64,000 nt of DNA from Camelus ferus. Lineage: Eukaryota. The stretch lies in assembly GCF_009834535.1 (NCBI RefSeq), contig NC_045697.1, positions 37,760,001 through 37,824,000 on the forward strand. Direction: 5' to 3'. The notes under the pieces were generated by a model. That model did no database searches. It had not been told where the DNA came from and worked only from the letters and a program-made list of their open reading frames with translations. Both the position numbers and the translations under genes were made by a program. Below are positions 37,206 to 51,489 of this stretch, in pieces. Position 1 is the stretch's first letter, and each line of letters starts with the position of its first letter.

Positions 37206-38261
37206 ATTTGTAGACTTGATGGAGCAGAGTTTAAAGCAATTCACAGGATTTGGTGGAATTTGTATTCTGAATTCTGGAGTATTCAGACATGGTGTTAGGT
37301 AACTGAATTTGTGTTACTACAGGAAGCATCTATCCACATGCTACAACCATGGCCACCTTTTCAAGAAAGCTCAAGGGCTGTGGTGATTTAAGAGTGCAGC
37401 TCAGACCAGAGACTTCCAACTCTTGTCCTGCTTCGCTCCCTGAAATGTCAGGCCTCTGGCAGCTGCCTCCATCAGATCCCAAACAAGTGTGTGAATAACA
37501 ATGGGAAGTGTGACAGTTCCCTAGGCTTTTTTTTTTAAGCCTTCACAGGAAGAGCTTGACTATGGAGAAATCTATGTTTAGACTGCTGTCTTTTGTATTT
37601 AGATAAGTAAACTGCATTTCAAGGCCCCTGGGATGCAAGTTATACTCATTATATGCAAAACAATTTCCCCTTCAGCATGATTTTCACATCATAATGATAA
37701 AGGGTAACCAAAAAGTAAGAACCACTGTAGTAGGAAACTGACCCATGGTTAATGTAAAACCTTAAATGAGTACAATTAAACTGTTTTTTGAAGCATATAA
37801 ATATTATAAAGTCAAGTATGACTTTTGTTATTTCTATCATGAAATGGTGTTACTCTTCTTCATTCAGATTTGAGGTCATTTTGAAGCAAGGGAAGAGGGA
37901 GGGAGAAAAGAGGGAGAAAGGAAGTTGACAACAAGGTTTCCGAGCCTACTGCTGCTTCCCGTCCTCACCAAGAAGTCAGCTGATTGGGAGAAGTCCTGTA
38001 GTACAAGTGCAGGAGAAGTGTTAGGTCTGCTGTAATTATTCATTAATTAGGCACCCGTGCCCTAAGGCCTATGGGTTATCCACTTCTAATAATTACTTAC
38101 TGAACCTCCATTACAAGAATGAAAAACCACCACAAAAATCTATTCCCCAACACACTTCGTATTTTCAAAGGTTGTGCCGTAATACAAAAAAGATGAAGGT
38201 TGAACTTGACCTATGGTCAGTAAAATCCAAGGACATTATCCACACAAAAACAAGAGGTGCA

Positions 38262-40200
38262 TTCTGGGAAGATGGAGTAGGGATACTTTTCCCTATTCCT
38301 CCCATTAACTATATCTAAAAACCCAGACATTATATATAAAACAAATACAAAAAGACTCTGAAAGGTGAAGAGAAGGCAGATTGGCAGGAAGGAAATAATA
38401 AAGAGTAGAAATTAGCAAAATCAATGAAATTGAAAATGAAAAAAAAACAGGATAGAAAAATCAACAAAACAAAGAGCTGGTGCTTTGAAAAGATCAGAAA
38501 AATTGACAAACCTCTAGCAAGACTGATGAAAAAGAGAAGACAAACCTTGCCAATATAAGTATCAGAAATGATAAAAGGACAGCACTACAGACTCTGCAGA
38601 CATCAGAAGTAGAGTAAGAGAAGACCACAAAAAAACCTACACACATGTTTAACCACCTAGACAAAATGGATCAACTCCTTGAAAAACACAAATCACCACA
38701 ATTCATACAATAGGAAAGAGATAATTTGAATAGCCATGTAACTATTAAGGAAATTGAGTTCACAGCTGAAAAAACCCCACCAAAGAAACCTCCAGAGCTA
38801 GATGGATTCCCTGGTAGAGGATTCTACCAAATATTTAAAGAAGAATTAATACCAATTCTATACAATCTCTTCCAGGACATAGAAGGAAATTCTTCCCAAT
38901 TCATTTCTCTGCTAGCATTACTCTGATATCAAAATGAGAAAAAGACAGTACAATAAAAGAAAACTACAGATTAATATCCTTCATGAATAAAAGGAAAAAT
39001 CATTAACAAAATATTAGCAAATAGAATTCAGCAATATATAAGAATTTCATGTCATTATACATCAAGTGGGGTTTATACCAGGGATGAAGGCCAGGTCAGT
39101 ATTTGAAAATTCATCAATGTAATGTACCATATTAACAGACTGAGGAAGAAAAAATCACATGATAGTATTAATCAATACAAAAAAAAGCATTTGACAAAAA
39201 TCCAATACATTCATGTTAAACACTCTCAGAAAAATAAGAATAGAGACGAACTTCCTCAGTTTGATAAAAGCATCTTTCAGAACTTGAAACTAACATTATA
39301 CTTAATGGTGAAAACAATGCTTTCCTTCTAAGATCAGGAACAAGGCAGGACAGACACTCTTAGCACTCTTATTCAAGACAGTGCTGGAAGTTCTAGCCAG
39401 AGCAATAAGGTATGAAAAGGAAATAAAAGACAAACAGACCATAAAGGAAGAAATAAAACTGTCCCCATTTTCAAATGACATAATTGTCAACACAGAAAAA
39501 CCCAAAGGAATCTACAAAAAAATTCCCAGACCTAATAAGTGAGTTCAGCAAGGTCACAGGATAAAATATAAGCAAACTAAACTCAGTCATACTTCTATAT
39601 ACTAGCAATAAACACACTAAAACATTAAAAAATACAGTTCCATTTACAATCACTCAAATAAAATGAAATCTTAGGTATAAATTTAACAAAACATGTACAA
39701 AACCTGTATGATGCATGATGAAAACTACACAACAGCTAAAACCACACAATAGCTAAAATAATTTTGAAAAAGAAAATGGGAGGTTTAGCCTACCCAACTT
39801 CAAGACATGATATAGCTATAGTAATAAGTGGACTGTGAGGTACTGTCAGGGGGATGGACATATAGACCAATGGAAAAGAATAGAGAACTCAGAAGTAGAG
39901 CCACAAAAATATGCCCAATTGGTTTTTGATGAAAGTGCAAAACAATTCAATGAAGGAAAGACAGTCTTTTCAAGATGCTGTATAATTTGGACATCCATAG
40001 GCAGAGAGAGAGAGGGAGGGAGGAAAAGAGGGAGGAAAAGAGAGAGAGAAAGAGAAAGGAAGGAAGGAGGGAGGGAGAAAAGAAAGAAAGAAAGAAAATC
40101 TTGACCTAAGTCTCATACCTTATACAAAAATTAATTCAAAATGGATCTCAGACTTAATATGTAAAACATAAAACTTAGGAGAAAAGGGAGGAATATTACA
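38262..40200 (+). mobile_element. Old L1 with degenerate ORF2 (frameshifts and deletions)
   Basis: ORF 38726-38926 ...PELDGFP...FYQIFKEELIPILYNLFQ resembles L1 ORF2p; tttgaaaagatcagaaaaattgacaaacctctagcaagactga; catacctttatacaaaaattaattcaaaatggatc-like 3' part. Confidence 0.85.
40003..40098. repeat. Polypurine GA/GGAA/GAAA low-complexity tract
   Basis: ~95 nt of uninterrupted purines. Confidence 0.9.
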
Positions 40201-40489
40201 CATAAAAAGTTGACACATAAAATTAACCACTACACTGGCATAATGAAGCGATATAGCTGCTGATATTCAAGCATGCCTCATTCCAAGAAGCAGGGAGGAG
40301 GAAGTGGGCAAGGACAAAGGGCATGTGATAGCATCTATTTCTCTTAAGGGATTTTCCTGACAATGTTAATCAACAATTTTGCTTACATCTCAGTGGAAAC
40401 TGTAATGTTTTAGTTGGGAAAACCAGCAGTCTGCTGAAGTAAATAATTCTGATAATCCAGGCCTCAGAGTGAATATATTTATCTTGCTT

Positions 40490-41650
40490 GGGGTCCTTTT
40501 GTATCAGTGGCTTGATATCTTCCATCAGTTTCAGAGACCTCTCATCATTATTTAAATATTGAGTCTGCTCTATTCTCTCTTTCCTCTCCTGACAGTCCAA
40601 TCATATACGTGTTAGATCTTTTCAGTATGTCCCTATGTTTCTTACGTTGAATTTTGTATTTTCCATACTTTCTTCTCTTGATTCTTCAGTCCTGATGTTT
40701 TCTTTCAGTCTTTTTTTTTTTTTTTTTTTTTTTTGGCTCTGTCTAGTATGCTTTTAAACCCATCTATTCAATTCTTAATTTCAATTATTGAAATTTTCAG
40801 TTGTAAAACTATTTAGATTTCTTTCACGGTTTCAAGTTCTCTGCAGAAATTTTCCACCTTGTCATCTTATCTCTTGAACATATTATTTTATTTTATTTTT
40901 ATTAAAGTATAGTCAATTCACAATGTTGTATCAATTTCTGGTGTATAGCATAATGCTAAACATATTATTTTAAAGCCTTTGTCTACTACCTCAAATATCA
41001 GGATATTTTGGGCTATATCTACTGTCTGGGTATTTTTTTCCCCTTGATTTTTGATCATTTGTTTTTGTCTTCTGGTATGCCTAGTAAATTGCCAGACATT
41101 GGGGATAAAAAATCTATACAGATAATCTGGAGCTCTGTGTAATAATATAGTGCTCTAGAGATGATTTACTTTTGCTTCTGGCAGACATTCAGAGTAAGAA
41201 CAGATGACCTTAATCCAACTGAGCTGGCATAAAAAGGTATTTTGTCTTTTTGTAAAAGTTGTCTATTTCTACTTCATTCTTACTCCTGGGACTGCATTGT
41301 GGATCCCAAATGAAAACCCGGAATGTTTTGTTTATGAGAGGCCCTCCTTCTTGACAGGTCCTAGGTTCCAATATTGCTTCTTTGGCTATATAACACTGGT
41401 GGAAACTCAGCTTCTCAGCCATCATTTTCTGTTCTGCTTTTTCCATGTTTCATCCTCCATTTGAATCACCCAATGCCTTAAGAGAGAAACTGGCGACAAA
41501 AGTTGAGTTCATTTTTGTGCTTTTCTTCTCTCCAGTATCTTGGCCCCCTCAACCTCTGTCTTGGTAATGCTCAGATGCTTTCAAATATATATATTTTTAA
41601 TTTTATCCATCATTTCTAATTGTTGTCAGTTGAAGAACCAATCTGCAATT
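40490..41650 (-). mobile_element. Ancient L1 5'/ORF1-region fragments
   Basis: ttgatatcttccatcagttt...tcattatttaaatatt; taaacccatctattcaattcttaatttcaattattg. Confidence 0.5.
40891..40958 (-). mobile_element. Very short young L1 3' tail with 14-bp TSD
   Basis: TSD aacatattatttta at 40877-40890 and 40959-40972; body aagtatagtcaattcacaatgttgtatcaatttctggtgtatagcataatg. Confidence 0.85.
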
Positions 41651-42943
41651 CAGCTTACCAGCAGCATCCTGATTGATGATTTTTGAAGAATTGTCCTACA
41701 GTGAATCATAATCTCTCATAACCTACGTTTGTCAAATTGACCCACTGATTGCCAAATCTCTACTTCACTTTGTGCTATTTAAACAGCCTTCCCCTCATGC
41801 TGCAAGGGGTTTAGGACACTGTGACATTTCTTGAGTTAATAGAGAACAAGAAGCATCACATATATGCTAAGTTGGTACAGGACATTAACTCATCTGAACT
41901 AATTTTCAAAGAAGTCATTTTATCCTAAGTCTGAACTTTTATTTAACTTTATGTTTGAGAATGCCATTTTTTTCTAGAAATGAGGATGCTTACACTACAG
42001 CAATGTGTGGAATAGAAAACATTCTGACACTTCTAAAATAGCACTCAGATTACTTCATTTATCTAGTCCTTCTCATATGCAAGGCAGTGTACTTTGGGTT
42101 GTAAGAAAAGATTACAGGCCACAGAACTTTAGATATGAAAGAAACTTAGAGATCATCTAATTAGACACACTCATTTTATAAAAGACCTGTTTGCTACAAA
42201 ACAAGATCTTTATCTTTTTAACTCTTGTTCAGTTCTCTTTTCATGATGAAGTATAATTGCTAGTTTGAAAAAAAAATTCCTATCTCTCTTCCCTTCTCCA
42301 TTACAGACTTAAACTTTTAAAAAGACTTGACCGAATAAAATGTAATTCTGAAATGATGATTCACATAATGATAAATATAAGAAAAGCATAAAGTTTCTAT
42401 CAGGCTTTCAAAAATAATAAACATAGCTCCAGAAAAGACCCATTACTACCATCAAGAAATCAGTAGTAAAAGAAATTGTCCCTTCCCACCAGAAGTTTAC
42501 AATCTCTATATAGAAAGACATATAAATGAATGATCATACTCTAGGCAGTATACATTATTGTAGCTATATGATATGTGATACACATATGAGGCACATGTAG
42601 TTATGTAACATAATCCTGTATGTGATACATATGATTAAGGTGGTCATGTTACGTCTGTCTCCCCTGGTAGATGAGGAACTCCTTAAGAGCAGGAATTCTA
42701 GCTTCTCACTGTCAGCCTCATCTGGCAGTCTGCAATACAGCAAATCATTAAATGAACGAGATCCTTTAAATCTATACAACTGGTCAAGACAATAAATACT
42801 CTAGGAATTCACAGGAGGATAGAAAATTCTGAACTGAAATCACTGAGTAAAAACATCATGAAGATGCAGTTGAGGTAGACCTGTGCTAACATCTGAGCCA
42901 AAGTGGAGAGAATTTAGGTAGCCTGCAATATGGGGTAGGATGT

Positions 42944-43404
42944 TGTATTCATCTCTAATTGCTGCTGAAACCTATTACCGCAAACCTAGTGGATCAAAAC
43001 AACATACATTTATTATCTTATAGTTCTGAGGTCAGAAGTCTGAAATGAGTCTTACTAAAATCATCATGTTGGCAGAGTATTGTTCTTTCTAGAGTCTCCT
43101 TGCCTTTTCCATCCTCTAAAGGTCACTTGAATTCCTTGGTTTGTGACCACTTCCTTCATCTTCAAAGTGCATCCCCTGAACCTCTGCTTCTGTCATCACA
43201 TCTTTTTTCTGCCCCTGATCCTATCTTATAAAGACCACTGTGATGACTTGGCCCAGCTGGATAACCCAGGATCATCACCCCATCTCAAGAGCTTTAACTT
43301 AACCACAGCTGTAAAGCCCCTTTGTCTTGTCAAGTTCACATATTCACAGGTTCTGGGGATTGGGATATGGGCATATCTGGCAGTCCAGTACTCCGTCTAC
43401 CACA
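42944..43404 (-). mobile_element. MaLR solo LTR (MLT1D-like)
   Basis: TG...CA termini (tgtattc...ctaccaca); ggtcagaagtctgaaatgagtc; cacaggttctggggattgggatatgg; 5-bp flanks gatgt/gttgt. Confidence 0.85.
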
Positions 43405-43424
43405 GTTGTTTCAGGCAAAGGCTA

Positions 43425-43622
43425 ATGCAGTGATCCTCAAAGTGTGGCCCCTGAAATAGCAGCAGCAGCATCATCTGGTAATTTGTTAGAAATGCAAATT
43501 CTCAGCTGTCATCCCTGGCCTACTGAATCAGAAACTCTGGTGAAACCCAACAATCTGTGTTACAGCAAGCCCTCCACGTGGTTCTGATGCCCACTAAACC
43601 ACCTGGAGAGACACTGTCCTAG
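43425..43622. mobile_element. MER5A DNA transposon
   Basis: cagtgatcctcaaagtgtgg...ttgttagaaatgcaaattctc...cctactgaatcagaaactctgg. Confidence 0.85.
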
Positions 43623-45554
43623 AGTTTGGGAAAAGACAAAGCAGGTGCAGAGGGCTCTCATGAGTAAATGGACTTCACAGGGACAGGGGACTCCTAGAGC
43701 ATAAGAAAACAGACTACACGAATGGAATCAGAACACGCAGAGCCTGGAATCTGAGGGGAAGGAACACGTCACAGGTAAATTTCTTTCTCCAAATGTGAAT
43801 TTGGTGGCCTTCTTACAAAATGAATAACTTAACTGAAAACCCTCATTGATTTCATGAGGCATAAAACTCACCTGTTCAAATTCACAAGTTTAAACAAATT
43901 GCCCTAGAAAAAAAATTCTCTCCTTTAAACATGTAAATCAAACATTTATTTTAAGGATTTCCAGATTAAAGACACAATTTCTTACATACTCCAAATAAAT
44001 AAAACACAGAAATGTTCAAAAGATTAGTTAATAATATTTTAATTCCAGAACGTCTTCCTCCAATTAGCTGTCACAATAGCTGTTACTCATTAGCAATTTT
44101 ACCATTTTCATTTTTTTCCCTCTAACAAGCAGCACGATGAGGAATTCTTAACAACAGTGTTATCTCCAGAAGGCTAGGCTTGCTGAAGAATCGCAGGTGA
44201 CTTCCCAGGAGGGTTGATTAAGAGCAAAGGACAATTGCCTTTCCAAAGGCAGAGAAGCGGGGTCATTTAGAATTGTGCTCTGCTGGAGGCAAACAGGAAA
44301 CGGGAAGCTCTTTCTTACCCTGCCTCCAGAGCAGGAAAAGCAGTGGGAGGAGCCATGTCAGTTCCTGGACCCAGACCAGGAAACAAGGTGGCTTATTCAT
44401 CTGCAGACCTGGGCTGGTAGGTAGAGTGCAGACAGCACGTGCAAGCCACAGTAACCCTCCATGACAGCCAGTAACACCCATTCAGTTTTAACACTGAGAA
44501 AATGAAAAAGAATATTCACTCAAAACACATTATTTAGGCTTTAAACAAAAGGAGCCAGTTTTGTCAAGCGGCAGTAAGCAAACAGAAGCCAAGTTTCCTT
44601 CTGTCTCCAAAAGTCTTTTGCTAGGCCCACAATGTCTCTGGGTGAACACCATCCTAAATCACCATAGCACTCAACTCTAAGAGCTCAAAATAAGCAGAAA
44701 CTGTAAGATGAGTTTCAGCACCCCCTTACAAACACAGCAATAATAAGAGAAGCTAGTCCATGCTTCCATATATATACTGCTGTACCGAGCCTCCTGGACT
44801 TGGCAGAGTGGAGCACCCACAGATTGACAACTTCGTGTTAGCATTTCTTCACAAAATTTAGCAACACTCCAGAAAACACCTGAGTTTAGAAACAGAAGAC
44901 ACTTAAGTGTTGAATGTGCCATAATCTATCAATGTATAAATATCATCATGATTAAACATTTTCAAACTTCTCTCCGGTGCACTGAAAAGGATCCGCAAAG
45001 GACCCACATCATACAGACAAAGCATAAGGGATCCATGCTTTGAGATTGTATTTGTAGAACGAAAAAGGAGCAGAAGTCAAGTCATATATCAGGCGCTATT
45101 AATTAACTCAAATGCTGGTTCTGACTGGGGCCAAGTCAAACCAACTGGTCATATAATTCAAGGATTTTCCAAATGAGTTTTTCCTCCAAACGTCTCCACT
45201 AGCCATGGCATCCGCAGCCCAGTCACCCAAAGAAGAAGAGCACGCAGAGCCATCCAGTCTCCCCTCTCCTTTTCTCTCCTGCCACCCTTCCACGCACACA
45301 GTTTCAGTCACTTGAGACCCTTTCTCATTCTACCTCTGAAATGCCCTGCCCTCTTCTCTCCTCCACTCCCACTGCCCTACTCCTGGCCCCAGTCCTCTTT
45401 CTCTCTGGACGACTGCCTCTTGACTCACATCTGAATCCTTGCAACCTTGACCAGAAGGTCGAATTCCCTCCACACAGCAGGCCAAATGTCCCTCATGTGT
45501 GCATCCCATTCTCCCAGGAAAAACCAACCGTTTCCTAACCCACGTTTCCATATC

Positions 45555-46115
45555 ATTATTTTTTTTTTTAGTTTAACACAATCATTGTATAAAATTACTT
45601 CATTGAGATATAGCTCCCATACAGCAAAGGGCACAAATCTTAAAGGGACAGCTTGATTAATTTTACATATGTGTACAACTGCCCAGATCAAGATATCAAA
45701 CATTCCAGCAGCTCCTCAGAACTCTCCTGTACCCGCTCCCAGTCAATATTTTGCCACCCAAAGGTAACCACGATTCTAACTTCTATCACACCAGATTAAT
45801 TTGCCTGGACTTAAATTTCATATAAATGGAATCACACAGTATGCACTCTTCTGTGTAGTATTCTATGTTATGAGTGGACCACATTTTATTTACCTATTCT
45901 GCAAATAGATTTTTGGGGTGCTTCAATTTGGGGGCTATTATAAATAAAGCTCCCGTGAAAATTCTTGTACGTATCTTTTTTGTGGACATGTGCACTGCTC
46001 CTGTTGGGTGTAGGTATATACCCAGAAGTGGGATTGCTAGGTCACAGGGTATATGTGTGTGTATAAACATACACCTTGCACATGCACTGGTAAACAGTTT
46101 TCCAAAGTGGCTGTA
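45555..46115 (-). mobile_element. Old L1 3' end (L1MB/L1ME type)
   Basis: ttcattgagatatagc; atttcatataaatggaatcacacagtatgcactctt; atacccagaagtgggattgctaggtca. Confidence 0.8.
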
Positions 46116-48689
46116 CTTCTCCCTGTCTACATCCCTGAATTATTCCAATAGTTATGCTGTTTTATTTGTTAGTTCTTTATGTGCTTATTCCCCAATTACA
46201 CTTGAGCTCCTTGAACACAGGTTCCTATATGCTCAATATATAGATTATAGATATAATTTAACGTTTATATTACATATGAGAAAAAATCAAATGCATTCAC
46301 ACAGCATGGTGGGGAGGAAGGCTTAAGAATCTTATGTTTACCTCCCTTCTGGACCCAGCACAAGGGTGACACATGCCTACCCAAGCCCTGTCAACACCTC
46401 AGTCATCCAAAGTGTTCCCTCTATTCCCTGGTCCCCACCAAGTTGCCCAAAAGCCCACTTGCATTTATACGCCTGGTATTACTGGGTTTTAAACTCGCTG
46501 ATGCATATTTGATCCATGATTAAACTGCTGGAAAATTTAACAGGCTAGAAAACCTCCAAAGTTCAACTCTTTTATTTTTCCCCCTGTAACTCCGTGCAGA
46601 TTCATCCTGGAATATGCTAAGGAAACTGTGCGCATTCACTATCCTTCCTCCCTTTAAGGTGGAATCAATTAGCGCCAAAGTCCTCCACCTCAACCCGGAG
46701 ATAGAAAACGCCTCCCAGAGAAACACCCCCAAAAGATGCATGTCCCTTGATCTGTTTGTGCAGATGGACGGTATTAGTTACACAAACACACGGAGAGAAG
46801 ATAGGATTACGGTAGGAAGTCCTCCAAAGTCCTCCAGCTCTCCCTGAAAGTGAATTTCTTGCCCTTCCTGTTTTGCCTTCTGAGTCCTAAATTTTTCACT
46901 GCTCTTATATTCCTGAGAGTGTCATGGCACGAACCGCTTTCTGCTCCCTCTCACAGGGATTCTTTTCTGCATTTTGATGTCGCTTTTTAATAAAACATTG
47001 GTTCCAGACAGTTTTGGCAACCACATGGAAGAGAAGCCCTCTGCAACCCTGAAACTGCAGCCTTCCCTGAGCTAGAAGTGAAACACAACTCCTAAAGACA
47101 AAGCTTTATAAAATCTATGCAAAACGGAAGATACACATTGCTATGGTTTTCTTTCACCCAAGAGCTAAAATTAAAATGTCCTTTTGTTTTTAAATAAAGT
47201 TTTTCTTTTAATTAAAAGAAACTCAATGTTGCTTGCTGTTGCTACCCTGTTCAATAGGAGAGGTTTCATGGGAAAAATTCAGATCTGGCAGAAGGCAGTC
47301 ATTCTGTGCAAGAGGCATCTCCTGCTGCCATCTTAAGAGATGCTTCTAAAATGAGCCCAACAAGTATTTCTGAACACCCTAGGGCTTTTCACCAGCTTGC
47401 ACCTCTCGCTGCCCCCTCTCAAAATCACTATTAGTGAAATGACTGCTACTGGAATTCATTGAAACCTGGCAAACATTGTTATTCACCCTGGACCAGGGGT
47501 CAAGTTACCATTGGCAGAGCAGGATGCAAAATGTAATAATCTGGCTGCTGCTTTAGGAAAAGCTCAGGCAGTTTTAGTAAAGTTATTTGGCCTGTGACAT
47601 TTTTATAGGTTTTACAAATGTCCCACCCAATCCTCCCTGCCAAGTTGTTATGCCAGTTACCCCTCAGGATGCCCAAGAGAGATGGCATATAATCTCCAAC
47701 TCAAATAACACCTTTGTATTTAAATATCAAAAAATGGTGGCAAAGGAAATATAAATGTTGGGATGCTTTAATTATTATTTAAAACAAAATATATAATTCA
47801 TAGTTGTCTGAATATTTCCTACAAATTCTAGCCCAAGGAAACTTCCCTTCTTTAACCTGTTTTATCTTAGATCTTGCTTCCCTTCCCCTCTTCCTTCTAC
47901 ACTACCTCTCTCTATCTTTTCCTCTCCCTCTCTACCCACAACACACGCACAGACACATGCTTTCCTGCATTGAAGTGCTTCTCCCCATATCACCATGACA
48001 CGACATCTAACTGATATTGTCGATCTGAACAACCTCAGCATATATAACTGCTCAAACTAACACAACACACTGGTCTCTTGCAAATACCATGCTGTACCAA
48101 GCAAGTACTCTCCTTACTGTCCTTTACACGTCCCTTCCAGGCCAAAGTACAAGGGGACCACAGAGTTCACACTGCTATCCAACGACTCAGCCATGGAATA
48201 ACTACAGTTCAATCAGGAACCATGTTCGGAAAAAAAAATTTACATAGAAAAGTTAAAGTAACAATAACAACACTAAGTCTAATAATGATTATTATAATAA
48301 ATTACACATAATCCCACCCCACTAACACCAACTCGATTTTGCAGACTTAATCTTACAAAACTGGATACCCTACATGTGCACATTAATCTTACATTCATCT
48401 TTTTCCATTTAACATGATGCTAAACATTTCATTTTTATAATGACTGCCCAAAATTTTTACCTAAAATTCACCTAATTTTGTCAGCAGTAATGTCCACTGG
48501 ATATCTTAGCTATTCTAAGACTACATTACTACATTGCTTAATTTGATATACAATAAAAATAAATATTTCAAAATATTAAGAAATAGTTGCTCTAGGGGAT
48601 GGGACTGGGTGATTTTTCCTCTTCCTATTTTTATACTTCCTAAATTTTCTATAATGAACATGTATCTTTTTGTTTGAAGACTTTATTTT

Positions 48690-48955
48690 ATAATAACAAT
48701 AACCATCACTTATCAAGTGTTGACTATACAGCAGGCACTCTTTCAACTCCTTTATATAATACTCAGCCTTATAACATTTCATCCTTATAACCACCCTAAA
48801 AATAAATACTATTAGTATCCCCATTTGACAGATGAGGAAACTGAGGCACAGAGCCATTAAAGAAATTGCACAAAGTTACAGAGTTATACGTAGAGCAGCA
48901 AGGATTTTAACTCAGGCAGGCCAATTCCAGGGTCTTCACTCTTACACTATAATGC
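48690..48955 (-). mobile_element. MIR SINE
   Basis: tatccccatttgacagatgaggaaactgaggcacagag. Confidence 0.85.
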
Positions 48956-50647
48956 TAACATTAAAAAAAAAACCAAAACCAGAGTTTGCTTTCTAAATAT
49001 AGTTAAGGTGTAACCATTTTAAAACAGCCTACTGGCTGGCTGGCTTCATGCTGCAATGGGACTTCACTGTGTTTTTGATATTTTGAGATTGCTATGTGCC
49101 CAGTGTAGCGTCATCTATATCACCACCATCACCATCAACATCACGATCAACCTTAATATTGCCATCATTAAAAACCCTTTATTAAGCTTTTAGTGTGTGC
49201 AAAACGCTATACCAGGCATTTAGGGAAATACAAAGTATGTAAAACACATGTTCTTTACTCTTGAGAATACCAGAGCTGGTCTGAGAACAGCTTCTAAATA
49301 AAAAGGCAGTAAATAGCCATGGAACGTGAATTGAGAAATTACATAAGTATCTGAAAATTATAGGCAAAAAGTAAAAACTTCTACCTAAAGTACAAAAATA
49401 ATTGAAGATAGTGCATAATGAAGGGCTTTTATTGATTTGGGATAATAGCTTCAGATCCCCTTTCCACTCTACACATATAAGGTTTACAGAGAGAAAAATA
49501 AAGATTAAAGTCAGCTGCACATACCACACCATTCCTTTATGATATTTTCAGCCTGGATCACATAATTCCCTGGTTCTTACATTAAATTAAAAATAACTAT
49601 TTTCATATGTAATATGTAATTGTGTGTAACAAGTTGAATGAAATAAGATTCTGACCCTTTATCTTCCAAAACAGTGTAAATACCATTAGTAAAAGTAAGT
49701 TTCTTAGTTCTAATCAACAGATAATAATTGCAAGTTATATTAAGAAGGTAGCAAGTCTAAAATTAAGCAACAGCTCTGCCAATTTATTCAAATGAATGTG
49801 CTTGTCTCATATAATCTACCTTGCATTTTTGAAACCTACCTGATTTATTTGGTATAATACACTAAAAGTAGACATATATTTTGAAGAATAAAAACCTACT
49901 TTGTACTAATTAAGAATATTTTTAAAGATTTTATATATGTACCTTCAAATGGCTACTAAAACCCAAATTAATTAAAATGAGGCTTAGAAGATGGCCTTAG
50001 GAAACTATTTTAGCAGATAACAAAAATAATTAGTTGGTACTATATAAATTGTATACAAAATGTTTTTCTGAAACACTTGGAAGTACTTAATTATGATTTG
50101 TACTTGTAAACACTCTAAATATTTTCATAACATCTTGTTCAGACTATTAAATTATTTGGCAATCCAAATAATTTAATTTTTTGCATAGATACAAAAGTAA
50201 ACTTCCATGAATCTGGAAACTGTGGTGTCCAATTAATGAGGAAAGTTAGATTAGATTAGAGGAAAATCCCAATCATATAAGACTTCTCCATCATTTCTCA
50301 ACTCTGACTTTGTAGGTCTCCTTGACCCTGGTTCTAGTGAAACCTCCCTAAGTGAAGCAGATTTATTTTCCTTTTATATCAGGTCAGTATTTCTTTTGCT
50401 TTTTCCTGACAATTTATTTTTTGCTATGACTTTAATCTTCATCAGTCCATACAGGCAGCTTCTTATTCATTCCACTTATAAACCCTTTCAAAGTAATGTC
50501 TCTCATGTTTTATACATACTAAAATATGGTGATGCCTTTAATTTAACAAGTTTCCTTTCTGTAAAAACCTGGAATTTTTCAGAGAAATAGCCAACCTCAT
50601 ATATTCACTTATTTTTTTAATAATGTTTGAGCTTTAAAAGTCTGGGA

Positions 50648-51282
50648 GATACTAACTACTATATGTACAATAGAATACAACAAGTTTCTTCTGTGTAGCA
50701 CAGGGAACTATATTCAACACCTTGTAGTAACCTATAATGAAAAAGAACATGAAAAGGAATATGTGTATGTATACATATGACTGAAACATTATGCTGTACA
50801 CCAGAAACTGGCACAACATTGTAAACTGACTATACCTCAATTAAAAAAAAAAGATTTGAATCTAAAAAAATCAAACAAACAAACAAACAAAGCATAAATA
50901 CAAAACAGAAACAGACTCATAGTCATAGAACACAAACTTGTGGTTGCCAAGGGGGCAGAGGGTGGGAAGAGACAGATGGGATTTCAAAATTGCAGAATAG
51001 ATAAACAAGATTATACTGTATAGCACAGGGAAATATACACAAGATCTTATGGTAGCTCACAGAGAAAAAAATGTGACAATGAATATATATATGTTCATGT
51101 ATAACTGAAAAATTGTGCTCTACACTGGAATTTGACACAACATTATAAAATGATTATAAATCAATAAAAAAAAATTAAGAAAAAACAGCTCTAAATTATA
51201 CAGTAAAAAAATTAAAAATGTTAAAAAGAAAAAAGAATGGGAAAAAAGATTTAAAAATAAATAAATAAATAAATAATTTTTT
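50648..51282 (+). mobile_element. Older lineage-specific L1 3' end with a younger L1 (50858-51241) inserted in its A-tail
   Basis: Outer repeat aagtctggg at ~50638-50646 and ~51284-51292; inner repeat aaaaaagattt at 50847-50857 and 51242-51252. Confidence 0.85.
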
Positions 51283-51489
51283 TAAGTCTGGGGAATACAA
51301 TTTCTCATATGGAATAAAGCTGAAAAAATAAAAACAAAAAATCTCCAGGGTTCACAGTTACCCCTTTGGTGAAGTCTTAGTATGTTACACTTAGTATTCA
51401 AGTCCATAACTTGGTCCCTGATCTGCCTTCCCAATCTTACCTTCCACTCCATCTCAAAACTATTCTCTTTAGTACTTAAGTTCAAACTA

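Noticed and set aside
38726..39331. ORFs resembling a reverse-transcriptase protein
   Set aside because: Fragments of a decayed, frameshifted L1 ORF2, not a functional gene.
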